DNA of 64,000 nucleotides from assembly GCF_009914755.1 (NCBI RefSeq), contig NC_060939.1, one strand, 5' to 3'. Below are positions 1-12,420 of the stretch, one piece after another (within the stretch, counting starts at the first letter, position 1; each line of letters starts with the position of its first letter). The notes below the pieces were generated by a model. The model did not search any database, had not been told where the DNA came from, and worked only from the letters and a program-made list of their open reading frames with translations. Made by a program: the position numbers and the translations under genes. The stretch is from the human T2T-CHM13v2.0 reference genome, Homo sapiens.

Positions 1-360
1 GAGGAGGGGATGATGACTTGGACCAAGACAATAGATATGAGGATGGAAAGGGTAAACAAGCAGATGGATACAAAATATTTTATGAATTTATTAAACTGAA
101 TGTCAGAAGAAGGGAGTAGGCAGGTAAAGGAAAGAGAGGCATCAAGAATGTCTCCCAAGGTTTTGGCCTGAGCAATTTGATGGATGGTACCACTTACAAG
201 AACAAGAAGCATTGAGGAAGAAGAGGTTAGGAGGAAGGGCTTGGTATGAAATCAAGAATCCTGTCTTGGCCAGCTTAAGGTTGACTCATGACTGGGGCAT
301 GCAAGTAGGCAGTTTGATATAGGAAACTAAAGGGCACGATAGGAATACAAATTTGGGAGT
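1..360 (-). mobile_element. LINE L2 fragment
   Basis: gagaggcatcaagaatgtctcccaaggttttggcctgagcaat matches the antisense of the L2 core. Confidence 0.8.
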
Positions 361-459
361 TGGTTCTAAGGACTCTTCCAGCTTTAACTATCTATGATTC
401 TAAACAATTGGAGACCAACATGTGTTGGGAGGAAATCTTTAATAGCAAAAATATATATA

Positions 460-665
460 TTGAGTCTTTCATAGTACATTGTCTTAAGCACTTTCCAGAC
501 GTTGTCTTATTTAAGGCTAAGACCAATCCTATGAAGTAGGAACTCTTATTTTCCTTTCAAAGCTCAGAGAAGTTCAATAATTTGCCTAAGGTCAACAGCA
601 GGAAGTGAAAGATCTAGGATTTGAACCCTGATCTTTCTATCTTCAAAGCCCATGCTCCTTACTGT
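460..665 (-). mobile_element. MIR SINE
   Basis: gctcagagaagttcaataatttgcctaaggtcaacag...ggatttgaaccc (antisense MIR core). Confidence 0.8.
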
Positions 666-1569
666 CAGCTATCCAGCATTTCATGGCTAAGTCCTCCACA
701 AAGAACAGAAGAAGGAGGATACTTGTGGAGAAGCAGTGAGGGAGACCAGTGTGCCAGTTGCCAATCCTTTTGGGACTTGGAGAAAAGTCTCAGTGCAGAG
801 GTAAGGGGGAAGGCAGAAAAGCAAAAATTTACTGAGATACTGTCTACATGTCATCTTGAAACTCAGAATCTGGGGTTATTCCAAGGAGAAAGAACATTGA
901 GTAATTTATAATACATAATAAATCCATGTCACCATTTTTTCACCTCAATAATCTCAAGAGAAATTTATTACCTATGCAGTCAGTGTCCTGAAAGGGTAGG
1001 GATCCTAGCCACCTCTTCTTTTCCTATCCGCACAGCATCACTGACTTCCTCTCTTTGCAAACATAACACAGTTGATACAATCATGCTCAAATCAGGACAT
1101 TCTCCATCTTTTACCCCACTCTGATGGCTGACTCTCCCAGCTAAAGATTGAGTGCACGTTTGCTTCCAAAAGGAGAAATAACTTAGTCCGGCATCCAGAG
1201 CTTTTTGGAAAAGAGCAAGAAATGGAGCCCAAGAGAGATCCCACCACAATCAACTCTAGGGATTAAATAAATTCTCTTGGCTTGCTGGAATCTTACATTA
1301 AATATTCTTGGAAATAAGTAGGCCATAGGCTAATGCTAAGAAATCTTTCATAATAAAGATATTCAGGTTGTAATGTAACTGTCATTATAGGATTTGACCT
1401 GAATAGAAAGAGGAACTAAACAGAGCTTTCTCAACAGAGCTCTTTGAGGATGGAGCGTGCTGAATCCCCAGGGGGAAAGAGCAGCTCTTTCACGGAACTT
1501 TAAAGATGCCCACCTCTCCTATAAGAAGTTCTTGCTGTGAAAACCAGAGAGAAAAAACGCTCCTGGGAC

Positions 1570-1800
1570 GTAAAAAAGTACACGGACTTCAGATTCAAAG
1601 GATTTAGAGTCCACATCCTGATTCTTCCACTAACTTACTGTATAACCTTAGGAGAACTCAGTTATAACTTCTGAGCTTCAATGTTTGCATCTATGAAATG
1701 GGAAGAGAGGACTCCTAACTTAGAGTTACTGTGGGGAGTAAGTGAGTTCATATTTGCAAATGCACCAGGCACAGTTCTTGGCACACAGGAAGTTCTCAAC
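1570..1800 (+). mobile_element. MIR SINE
   Basis: ctgagcttcaatgtttgcatctatgaaatggg...cacagttcttggcacacag. Confidence 0.75.
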
Positions 1801-1934
1801 CAGATTAGCCTTTCCCTCTTCTTTTCTGATACCAGCAGTTTTATGTGGTTTTCTAAACATAGTAATGACTAGCAAAACATAGTAACTTTTTAAATTGCTT
1901 CTGTGAAAAAACATTGCCTCTTCTGGCCCATGAG

Positions 1935-2125
1935 CTATAGTGGAAAGATTCCTGGAAAGAGAATCAGAGGATTTAGGTACAGTTCTACTTCTGCTACTTA
2001 AAAGTCAGAGCCTCTCTGGGCCTATCTTCCGTGCTGTAAAACAAAGCCACCTACCATACCCCCGCCCCAAGGATGGTTATGAGAATTCAATGAGATAATG
2101 TATGGAAAAGCACTTTGAAAACCAC
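1935..2125 (+). mobile_element. MIR SINE
   Basis: ggttatgagaattcaatgagataatgtatggaaaagcactttg. Confidence 0.7.
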
Positions 2126-2664
2126 GAAGAGCTCTACAGGTGAAAGGAAGTACCATTGTTTGAGTGCAGCTCAGACAGACGTCTACATTCTTCATGTATG
2201 GGGATCCCAGACTGTGGCGATCCAGTCTGTGTGAGCCATGCCAGAGAAAACACACCCCATAAAGGGAAAGAGGGGCCAGCTGCAGAAGCTGGGCTCAGAG
2301 GACTCTGAGAACAACCCAAGTTCAATAATGCTGGTGGAGGAGATCTCAACTCAGGTGGAAATAAAGAAAGTTGTCAGCTCATCAGTTTCAGTTCCTTAAC
2401 TCCTTTCTGAAACTGACAGCATCTACAGAGAGGCCTACATACAGTCTAGAGCAAGGGGATAAAAGAGGAGAATAGAGAACTTATCCGAATTTATTCATCA
2501 GTGTACAATGAAGAAAGACGCTGGAGAATATGAGTATTCCAGTCACCAGAGAGGTGGGCTCCACTGTGAGACAGAAATTCAGCTTTTTCAGGACAAAGAA
2601 GTGGTCAGAATACCCATCAAGGTCACCTAACCCCTTCTCTTTGATTCTATCATCACCACCAGGA

Positions 2665-2825
2665 ATAATAACAATAATTACTATCATTACTAGCAACTGT
2701 TCTCTCTGAACGCTCACTATTTCCTGGTCACTGGGCTGAGAGCTGTATGTGCCTCTTATCGTTTAATCTTGACCACATCCCATCCCTAGAATAGCCACTA
2801 TTATTATGCCCACTTTTCAGATTGG
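2665..2825 (-). mobile_element. MIR SINE
   Basis: ctgaacgctcactatttcctggtcactgggctgagagct...attattatgcccacttttcagat. Confidence 0.65.
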
Positions 2826-3300
2826 CATACAGCTATTGCAATTATCAATCTCAGAAATCCTTATCCTTAAAAATCCTTAATCCAGAATTCTTAGGATCAG
2901 AGAAGGGATACAAGGGTGGAAAATATTCCCATCTCTCAAAAAAGGGTTTCCCTTGATATGTATTCATCCATATCTCATTTTCCGCAATCTACAAAAGGTA
3001 GAGAAAACTAAAGCAGTCAAGAGGAGATGGTCAGTCACTCATAAACCATGACGTAAGGCCCAAGAGTCCTAATCTCCAGCCTACTGTACAGCAGACAACG
3101 TGGCCAAAACTTTGTCAATTCATTTTCTGGCATGAGGAAGAATTACACTGATTAACGCAACAGTAGCTTAGGGGTGGGAGACAGTTCAACCAATCAGAAC
3201 AACTTGACCAATCTGACATCAGTACTAGGGGCAATGATATCACTTCCTACTTCTTATTTTATACAGAGGAAAGAAGAAAAGACTTCTCAGCCATTACCCT

Positions 3301-3320
3301 AAAAAAAAAAAAAAAAAAAA
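3301..3320. repeat. Poly(A)20 tract
   Basis: 20 consecutive A. Confidence 0.95.
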
Positions 3321-6037
3321 GCCACCAAGCCAGGGCTCGGCAATTAGTGTTGGAGTAAGTGATCATCTTGTGATTGCTCAGCTGGGGCCAGAAGACTTGT
3401 AAATGCATTTAGAGGACAGAAATAGAAGATGTTGTGAGACAGCAAAGAAACCTGGCCCATTTGCCAGGAGAAAATGTCCCAAAGCTGCCGGGAAATTTAC
3501 TCAATTGGGAATTTGGTGTGTGTCTTCATAAATAAGAAAAGTTAATAAATAAAACCCGTGGATAAAGCCAGTGCTTCTGCCTCATCCTATTGACTCGTCT
3601 CTCTGCGACCCCCAGGCTCCTCTGGGCATCCCACTGTGCCTATGAGAGCCACTTGACTGGGTGCTGACTTTCTTGAACTAGGTTGAGCACCCTGACTTGC
3701 CCCTAATGCACAGACAGACTCAAATTGGGGGTAAACTAATGGTCATCCATCCTTCTCGGTAATCACCCTGTAGCCAATAACAAGTACTTTGGCAAGAGCT
3801 GGCCAATGTGTCCAGGAGAAAACAGGGCCCAAAGTCATGGGCAGGTTCAATGGTATCCTTGGGTCCTCCTCCAACTAGGTCCTCCTACCCACAAAGCCTT
3901 GGGAATCTTGCAAACCTCCACCAGCCTCTATCGCTGCCACCACTCAGCAGACCCCATATCATTCCAAAAGAGACAGTGGGTCACAGCCCTCTTCCAGGAT
4001 CCTCAAGGGCAAGCCAAAGACATGCTCTGGTACAATCCACTTCAGAGCCACCTGCAGCCCAAGATGTAACCCTGCTCCCACTCCTGAGCCTGGGTCCTGA
4101 AGCCTCTCCATCTCCCTAAGAGCTGCAGGGACACCGTGCCCTAGAAGGTTCTGAGGCCTGAGCACCCAGCCCCTGTCCTCAAAGAGAACAGGGTTTGTCT
4201 CGCATCAACAGCATCCCTCCCCCAAATACGACCTCGCACCACAAGCTGGCACTCTGTGTGCCACATTCTGCTCATAGAAGTAGTTTCATTTGGCCCATGG
4301 AGTTGAAAGGTCTTGTTTTTAGTCGGCAGCATTTAAAACTTGAGTTGTTTCACGGAATCTCCAAGTCTTCTGGAAACAAGTCTGACCACACCAGGCCCCA
4401 CCTCCACGTGGCATCACTCAGCTGGAACTGATGACTGGTTGCCTCTTTGGAGGGGACACGTGACCCCACCTGGTCCACCATGGGCATTTGGCTTTGTGAC
4501 CCTTGTATGAATTACTATGAAAACGGAGACTTCTCAGATGTCAAAAGCTTTTTCCCTTAGGATGTTTTACAGTGAAACTCAAACCCCCAATAAAATAAAC
4601 ACCTGGAACATCTGGTCCAAGACCCTCCTCTGGTCCCAGCTATGCCTCCAGCTGCAAAGAACACACATCAGGAGACTCTCACCACAGAGGCTACCCTGGG
4701 GCAAGGGGCAACAGTTAATTAGGCAGCTGAAAGGGAGGTCTCAGTCCCCTGGAGCTGATACACCTGGCCCTGAACAGTGACCACAGAGCCTGTTCTTTCC
4801 AGAGAGAGAAAAGAAAGCTCCGCAGAAAGCAGAGGTGGCCATACTGATAAACAAATATTTATCAAGCACTCACTATGTGCTTGGGAAAACACAAAGAGCC
4901 TGGGGGTAAGGTCAGGATCCCCCAAAAAAGAAAAAACAACTCCTCCACCAGGATTCACTGTGATCTCTTCCCTTTCCCCACCTTCCCTACCCTCCACTTC
5001 CCACAGCTCCCCTGGATGTTCTGCCCCGGTGCATGCAATTTCTCTCCAGCCCAGCTGCCCTCCGTTACCAAATGCAAAGTGCTCAGTCAGTGAAACTTTT
5101 AAGTGGCCACAGGAAAGACTAGCCCATAGCACACCACTTCTCCACTTTCTCCCCAAAGGCAATAGACCCCTCCCCACCTGGTTCCTGCAGAGCCTCTGCT
5201 CTTTGGGAACATGCCCAAAGGGTGTCCGAGATGGCCACTATCCTTGGAGTTGACCCAGACAACAAATACCCCTCTACAGGTGCAGCAGGTTGGCACTTCC
5301 CCTAATCACTCACCCCAGGCTTCCTTTCATGCCCACTTTCTCCCCAGGAAATGGCAGTCCTCATTAAATCCCAAAGTTTATCAGCCCAGAACTCGGCTTA
5401 GAGAGGAAGCATCAACTCTTGTGATTCTATCCCCACTAGGGAAAGGGGAGAGACAGGATGAAGGAGGCACAGACAGGAACCCCCACCCATAACCACCTGA
5501 CCTCTAGCTTGTCCCAAACAAAGCTGTGTGACATTACACAGGTGTTTCCACTTCTCTGAGCTTTTCCCCACTGAACCCAGATCTATTTAGACATAACACT
5601 GGCTATTAGCCATACTTTCTTTCTTCTTGCAACCCCCCCCCGCCCCCCGCCAGTCCTAACACACATACACACTCTTATGGGCCTACTTATGGTCTCAGAA
5701 GTATAGTATTCACATTACATATGAGTGGAATTCCCTATCATTTACGTTCCCATAAAATTGCAAGTTTCATCATGAAAGTGAACACACTTGGGTATCAGGA
5801 GACTGACTCTCCCTCTCAGCCCCTGGTCCTAGATTTTTCCTTCTGACAGGAAACTTAGAGATCATCAAACCCAAAATAATCCTTTTAAGAGGCAAAATTG
5901 GAAGCCCAATAAAGTTCAAAACCTTGCCCAAGAGCCCCTGGAGGCAAAAAGCCAGGTCTAGACCTCAGGTCTCCAGTTTCACTGCCCCAAGAGTACCTGC
6001 CATGTGCCCCCAATCCCTGCAGCCCAGCTCTACTCAC

Positions 6038-6109
6038 ATATAACGCAAATGGGGGTTCTTGGCAAAGGCTCTGGGCTGAATGCTCCGAAGTCCTGAGTTC
6101 TTGATGGTC
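6038..6109 (-). CDS. NTRK3: NTRK3/TrkC coding exon (third coding exon, LRR, about residues L108-I132)
   Basis: ctctttttctctctgtctag|G ACC ATC AAG AAC TCA GGA CTT CGG AGC ATT CAG CCC AGA GCC TTT GCC AAG AAC CCC CAT TTG CGT TAT AT|gtgagt, i.e. (L)TIKNSGLRSIQPRAFAKNPHLRY(I). It continues in frame from the 6845-6919 exon; 72 nt is about one LRR; G-triplets lie downstream of the donor. Confidence 0.98.
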
Positions 6110-6844
6110 CTAGACAGAGAGAAAAAGAGGATCAGCAGAGCTCAAGTGGCAGAGGGATATCTGCTCTGGGCTGAGGCTGGCAGGGGGTGAGGCTAAGGCT
6201 GGCCCTGCAGCCGCCCTGTGGATTATCTACACCTCTTCATTGCCAGTTATCACAGGTGGCCTGCTGGGGTTGCTCAGTGGAGGCACCTGGGCTCACACGC
6301 CCCAGGGCCCCGTGAGGCTGGGAGGTCAGGGGTCATACTGGCAGCTGCCCTCCACCCATCCTGGCCAGTAGGTAAGGACCAGGGCTTCTGCTGGTCCAGT
6401 AATGGCAGGGCTGCAGCCCTCTTTGTTCCTTGTCCCTCTCCCCACTCCAGGTCCCCACAGTCACTAGTACCGACATCCAAGGGTGGAGGTAGCTGGGAAA
6501 TCTCATACTCCATGGGGCTCATCAGTCAAGCATAAGGGTAGGGAAAGGACACTCACCCAGCATGCCTGGGTTCTAGGCCTGCCTTGAAACCCTACCTTCA
6601 AGATGGGAATTCACACAACCCCCTTGCCTCTCTAGACTAGGGTGAGACAAAGGGGTGTGAAGAGATGGCCTTTGAAGCCTCTGGTGTCCCCTAAGTGCAT
6701 ATTGCCAACTCTACCAAAAGAAGAGCTGGGGGAGAAAGCACGGATGGCAGTCTTGCTGTGCCCCTCACGCCACCCCAGAAGGCAGACCAGGTGGCATCCA
6801 CCCCTTCCACAGGGAAAGGCCTCTCTGTGGCCGGGTGTACTCAC
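6110..6844 (-). other. NTRK3: NTRK3 735-nt intron between the two LRR exons
   Basis: GT...AG boundaries join the two exons in frame. Confidence 0.97.
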
Positions 6845-6919
6845 AGCTTTTGAAGTCCGGTGTAGAGCTCCATGTCCACGGCGTTGAGCGTGTGAAGACT
6901 GCGCCAGTTCTCTATGTGT
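6845..6919 (-). CDS. NTRK3: NTRK3/TrkC coding exon (second coding exon, LRR region, about residues I83-L108)
   Basis: Minus strand reads ctgac...ctttcctcctcccctgcag|A CAC ATA GAG AAC TGG CGC AGT CTT CAC ACG CTC AAC GCC GTG GAC ATG GAG CTC TAC ACC GGA CTT CAA AAG CT|gtgagt, i.e. (I)HIENWRSLHTLNAVDMELYTGLQK(L), which I recognise as TrkC. It has a branch point, polypyrimidine tract, AG and GT; 75 nt, phase 2-2. Confidence 0.98.
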
Positions 6920-6974
6920 CTGCAGGGGAGGAGGAAAGGTAACGGTCAGCCAGAAGCAACAGAAATGGGGCTGG

Positions 6975-7150
6975 CTTTGGAGCCACAGAGACCTGGCTTT
7001 GATCCCCGATGAGCTAATTGATTGCCAGGCCTTTTGCCAAGTCACCAAATAAATCTGAGCCTCAGTTTCTTCCTCTGCGTGGTGGGGTTCACACCGTCTG
7101 CCTGATTGGGTTGTTGCAAGAATTAACTGGATTCATTGGTTCCAAGTTCC
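6975..7150 (+). mobile_element. MIR SINE just upstream of the 6845-6919 exon acceptor
   Basis: gctttggagccacagagacctggctttgatccc...tctgagcctcagtttcttcctctg. Confidence 0.7.
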
Positions 7151-9149
7151 TGGCCCATGGATTGCATTGAATGTCTCCCCATCAGCTAGAAAAAGATGCT
7201 AAAGACGTGAAGTTCAATCTCCCTGCTTGTCTTCCTAACTCAGTTTTCCTCTGTTCCCCTTCTTTCTTTTTCCTATTCAGAATTTCCTAAGGACTGGCCT
7301 TTTTTTTCCCTTAGTTATTGCCCATAAAGACAATACAAATGACATGGCTTTAAAAAAGGACGGGGTGGCCGGCTGGCCAGTGGGCATAGCCAAGGAGGGA
7401 CACACTCCTACTTCCAGCATCACCAGGGTCTAGACTCTGGAAGCCCCCTTTGGGTGACCCACAGCCCAATCCCTCCTGGAGCTCAAAAAACCAATGGCTT
7501 GATTTGGTGGAGCTGACTCCAGAGAGTGGGGGCCACCTAAGGATCCTGGAGCCACTAGAGTGTCATGGAAAGAATGGGAACCTGGCAGTGGAGGACACAA
7601 ACCCTAGCTTCATCTGAGACTTCAGGACCCAGTGACTTTGAGCCAGTGCTTCCACCTCTCTGAGTCTCTCATGTCTTCATTTGTAAAAGAGGAGAGTTGC
7701 ACTGGATCAGCAGTTTCTCCCCTTTTCATCATGAAGGTCTCCTTTTAGAACTTTGCCCCAAGAGATCCCATGTTTAAGGAGGTTTATATCTAGCAAGCAC
7801 ACTACATCTATTAACTACTAATTAATTCATCTTCTTGGATTTATTAATCAGCAATATAAATCACTATTAACCAGAGCTTTTTATCAACAGACACAAACCC
7901 GTGCTAACTCATCCACTGCATAAATTCCAGCCCAAAGCAAAGAAACTCAACATTCTGTCAGCATGAGAAGGCTTGTCATGGGTATGGATCTGATTTCTGG
8001 GTTTACTGTTTTTGTATTGACCAAATGCCAGAAACAAACACCCCTCATTACTGCTTTTGGGATCCCCAGGTTGAGAACCATTACACTATTAATTATCAAA
8101 GCCCTTTGCAGCTCTAAAGGTGTATGAATGTGCCCATTCATACACACCTGTGATCCCAAGAGGCACCAAAGGATCTCGGGAAAAGGCCTTCCACTGCCCA
8201 CCCCATCCTCCCAGGATTTTACTCTGATCAGTGGCCATGAATTCTAAGTACTTCAATCTTAGTGAAGAGTGCAGAGAGGTGACAGCTCATCCTGGGACAG
8301 AACTAACCCAGGCACACTCTGTCCAGAAAAGTGACAGCCACCTTCCCCAGACATCTCCTCCCCAGCACCACCACACCCGTAGCTCTGCCATCTGCCACCA
8401 ACTCGAGTCAGAGCCAGCAAGGCAGCAGGACTATGACTGCCAGGGCCTCTGGAAGCATTTCAGAGCCACACGGTGACAAGGTATGCTGAGAACCTGTTTT
8501 GTACCACATTCTCCCAAAGTCCCTGCTGAGCAGCCAGAGACACTGGCATCTGCTGGGGACATGGACCAGGTGGCCAGGTTGGTGTTGGATTCCAATGCCA
8601 AAGTTCTCCCTGGAAGCCTTACAGCCCCAGGGCAGTTTGGGTGGTCTGGTCTCACCATGGCAGAGAACCTGGCAACATTTCAGATGAAAAGAAAGCGCCA
8701 GAGGAGTAGAACTATCTGTGCCACCAGGTCCCCCAGTGTATTCCCCGGGTTTTGTAAATTACCAAGTAGATCACCATGATTGTACAGAATACTTCTCATT
8801 CACAGGACTCCAGCTTCCTACAAGGATCTGCTCCCAACAAGCAACTTTTATCCAATTGTTTAAATCAGTGAAATCATTTTTCACAGCCCACATTAGAATT
8901 CCATAAATGTGTTGTTACGGTTGAGTTGTCAATCATTACCATGTTCTCAAGCCTTACCCTTCTCAGCCCTCATGTCCTTATGCCCACAAACGGACCCTTC
9001 CCTGACTTAGGCAAGCACTGAGATATGGCAGAGAAATGAATGAACTCCTTGCTGCAAAGAGTCCTCCGGTAAGTAGAATAATAGTCCCCACCTCCTCCGT
9101 TGAGTAGGTCTGAGTTTTCCTAAATCAGGGAATGGCATTTTTGTAGCCA

Positions 9150-9685
9150 CAGTGCAACAGTGTGGGTAGGAGTCAGGGCTCTAAGGCAGTGGTCGTCAAG
9201 CTACAGCCCGCTGCCTGCTTTCCTGCAGCCCCAGAGCTAAAAATAGCATTTACATTTTTAAAAATCAAAAGAAGAATTATATTTTGTAACACATGAAAAC
9301 TACATGAAATTCAAATTTCCATGTTCATACCTGTTCATTTACTGTCATCTATAGCTCTCTTCAAGCTACAATAACAGAGCTGAATAGTTGCTACAGAGGC
9401 CATATGGCCTGCAAAACCTGAAATATTTACTCTCTGGCCCTTTACAGAAAACAGTTGTCGACTCCTGCCCTAGGAGCTGATGGTCAAAATGCATATCCTG
9501 GCCCCACCAGTACCCCTATCTATATGACCCTGTCCAGGTTACTTCTCTGTCTGTGCCTCAGTTTTCTCATCTATTAAATGGGGATAATAAAATAACTGCC
9601 TCGTAAGAATGATGTGAAGATCAAAAGACTATGATAAAAAAGAAAACCCCTTTGCAGTGTGGGGCACATGTAAGTTCTCAGGCAG
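9150..9685 (+). mobile_element. MIR split by a MER58B insertion
   Basis: MIR 5' part at 9150-9186 resumes after 9467: ctgtgcctcagttttctcatctattaaatggggataataa. Confidence 0.75.
9187..9467 (+). mobile_element. MER58B-like hAT-Charlie DNA transposon
   Basis: cagtggtcgtcaagctacagccc...aaatatttactctctggccctttacagaaaacagttgtcgactcctg, with the internal aatcaaaagaagaa...gaaattcaaattt block typical of MER58B. Confidence 0.85.
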
Positions 9686-10292
9686 AGCTGGCTGTGCTGA
9701 TTATTTTCCTCCTGTGCCTTACGGAAACTGAGCAGTCTTGTTCTCAGTTTTCAAGCTAAAAATGGTATCAGGCTTCTGCTGGAAGTTGTCATGTCTCAGC
9801 AATCATTGATAAAAACCCCATGTGGCAGAGTGTGGAGGGGTAGGAAACCTGTCATTCATGGCCTCCAGGAAAACTGTTCCAGCAGGAGTTTATACACAGG
9901 TTCAAGGAGTGCATAGATGCCACATCAGAGCAGGTTCCGAGGAAGAGCAAGAGGATGAAGATGAGGCCCTGACATTTCCGGATGGCATCAGCTGGGCACC
10001 TGCCAAGTTCTCCTATGACTCACCACTTGGTACCCAACCAGGAGGTCAGTGTTGTGACTCTGCCGGCTGGTGTGTGTGTGCTACTAGGGAGACCACCACT
10101 TTCAGTGAAAAAGGCAGGCTCTAGAAAATATTATATATATATAGTAAAAGAGCAGGTTTGGTTTGCCTTTGTCAATGGTGAGTATCTCAACCCAGAACGA
10201 TTACACGTGGCTTCTCCTTTTTTGTGATTTTCTGGGCTGTACAGGTTGTTTTCATTGAGCATTTGTTTTGTCATTTGAAAATCAATCAATAC

Positions 10293-10591
<299 letters not shown>

Positions 10592-10925
10592 CTAGAGGCA
10601 GGCCAGGCACCTAAACCCTGTGGGGGCGGTGACTGGTTTCCCTGTTCCAGGACCACAGGCTGGACCAGCTCATCCCTGCCCGGACATCTTACAAACCCAC
10701 TCCCGCTGTGGAGGAAAAGAATTTATAGCAATGCCCAAGGGACTGTGCAATTCTGCAGAGTGCATGGTGATGGCCCCCACAGGAACCTGCAGCTCTGCTC
10801 TCAATCTGGGTGTCCTGGTTCAATCAGAAACAGAGAGTGGAGGGAGGAGAAAGAGGGCAAAGGGGTGGCACATCAGGTGCCCACTCCTACTTTAAATAAA
10901 TTACCTCCACTTTAGTCTCATAATA

Positions 10926-11142
10926 CATTGGTTCTCAAAGGGAGGCGATTTTGCCCCCCAGCAGACATTTGACAATATCTGGACACATTTTTGATTGTCA
11001 CAGCTGGGGAAAGAGAGTAACAATGGCCTACAGTGGGTAGAGATTAGAGATGTTGCTAAACATCCTGCAATGCACAGGACAGCCCCCACCGCTAAGAATC
11101 ATCAGCCCCAAATGTCCACAGCACCAGGATTGAGAAATCCTG
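10926..11142 (+). mobile_element. MER20 DNA transposon
   Basis: cattggttctcaa...gattttgccccccag...atgttgctaaacatcctgcaatgcacaggacagccccc...ttgagaaatcctg. Confidence 0.88.
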
Positions 11143-12027
11143 CTTTATTATATAAAGCTTCTGCCTAAGAGGGCTATTAAAGCAAGAGTCTCATGGCTTA
11201 AAACAACATCAATTTTGAAAATGACTGCTTTGCAGCAAACACTACCAGGCTTCAGGCCAATACAAAAAAGTCTACCTCTAGGTCACTGAGTCCAGGTGAG
11301 AGGAAAAAATGGGCAAGCCACAGCTCCCAGGACCCTCTCAAGTCACAGGCATTTCTTGAGAGGAAATGAGGGGTGTGTTGGCCTGCTGGACCGTGGCCCA
11401 AGCCAGGCTACACATTCCAGATGCAACAGTGGTCTCTTCTCACCATCTCTGGCTGGAACCCACTGGCCAAGAGCCTTTTCTCTCCACTGAAAGTTCCTCT
11501 CCTGGATTTCTCATGCCTCTTCATTCCATAGAAATGTGAAATGCTCCATTCAGAAAATCAGCTCAATGCCCTGCTCCTACCCTCTCACCACTGCCCTTCC
11601 ATTCCACAGAGCCACTACTCTGCCAAGAGCTAGTTGGGCACCACTTTTCCAGACGGAGGGAGACAGTGGGGCATAATACATGATGACATTGACCTCCAGA
11701 GTCAGAGTCGGGCTTAGGGCAGGAACTCAAAAACCTCAGTGATGTCAAGGTAGACCCCTGGGATCAAGATCTCATGATGCTGCCAGGTGGGCTTAGAAGG
11801 GAAATGGAGTCAGGGAATGGCCATGCAGAGTCTCTTTGGCAATTCTAAAAAATCAGTCTGAAACATACCCACTCTTAGTGACTCATAACAGCAACACCAG
11901 GTCCCAGAGACCTAGGACCACAGATAGCTGCTTCATAGCCATTTTTATAATGGGACATGGCATAAATTAAATATTAATTGATACATTCATGGGGACTACA
12001 AACATTCTTTGTGCTAGAATAAATTAG

Positions 12028-12420
<393 letters not shown>

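Larger units (their letters stand above)
1..6037 (-). other. NTRK3: 5' part of the next NTRK3 intron
   Basis: Begins with donor gtgagt at 6037-6032. The next exon (NLSSNRLTTL...) is not in the window. Confidence 0.9.

Noticed and set aside
6632-7048. 138-aa minus-strand ORF overlapping the first LRR exon
   Set aside because: Wrong frame of the real exon, extended through intron and MIR sequence; the spliced frame gives TrkC.
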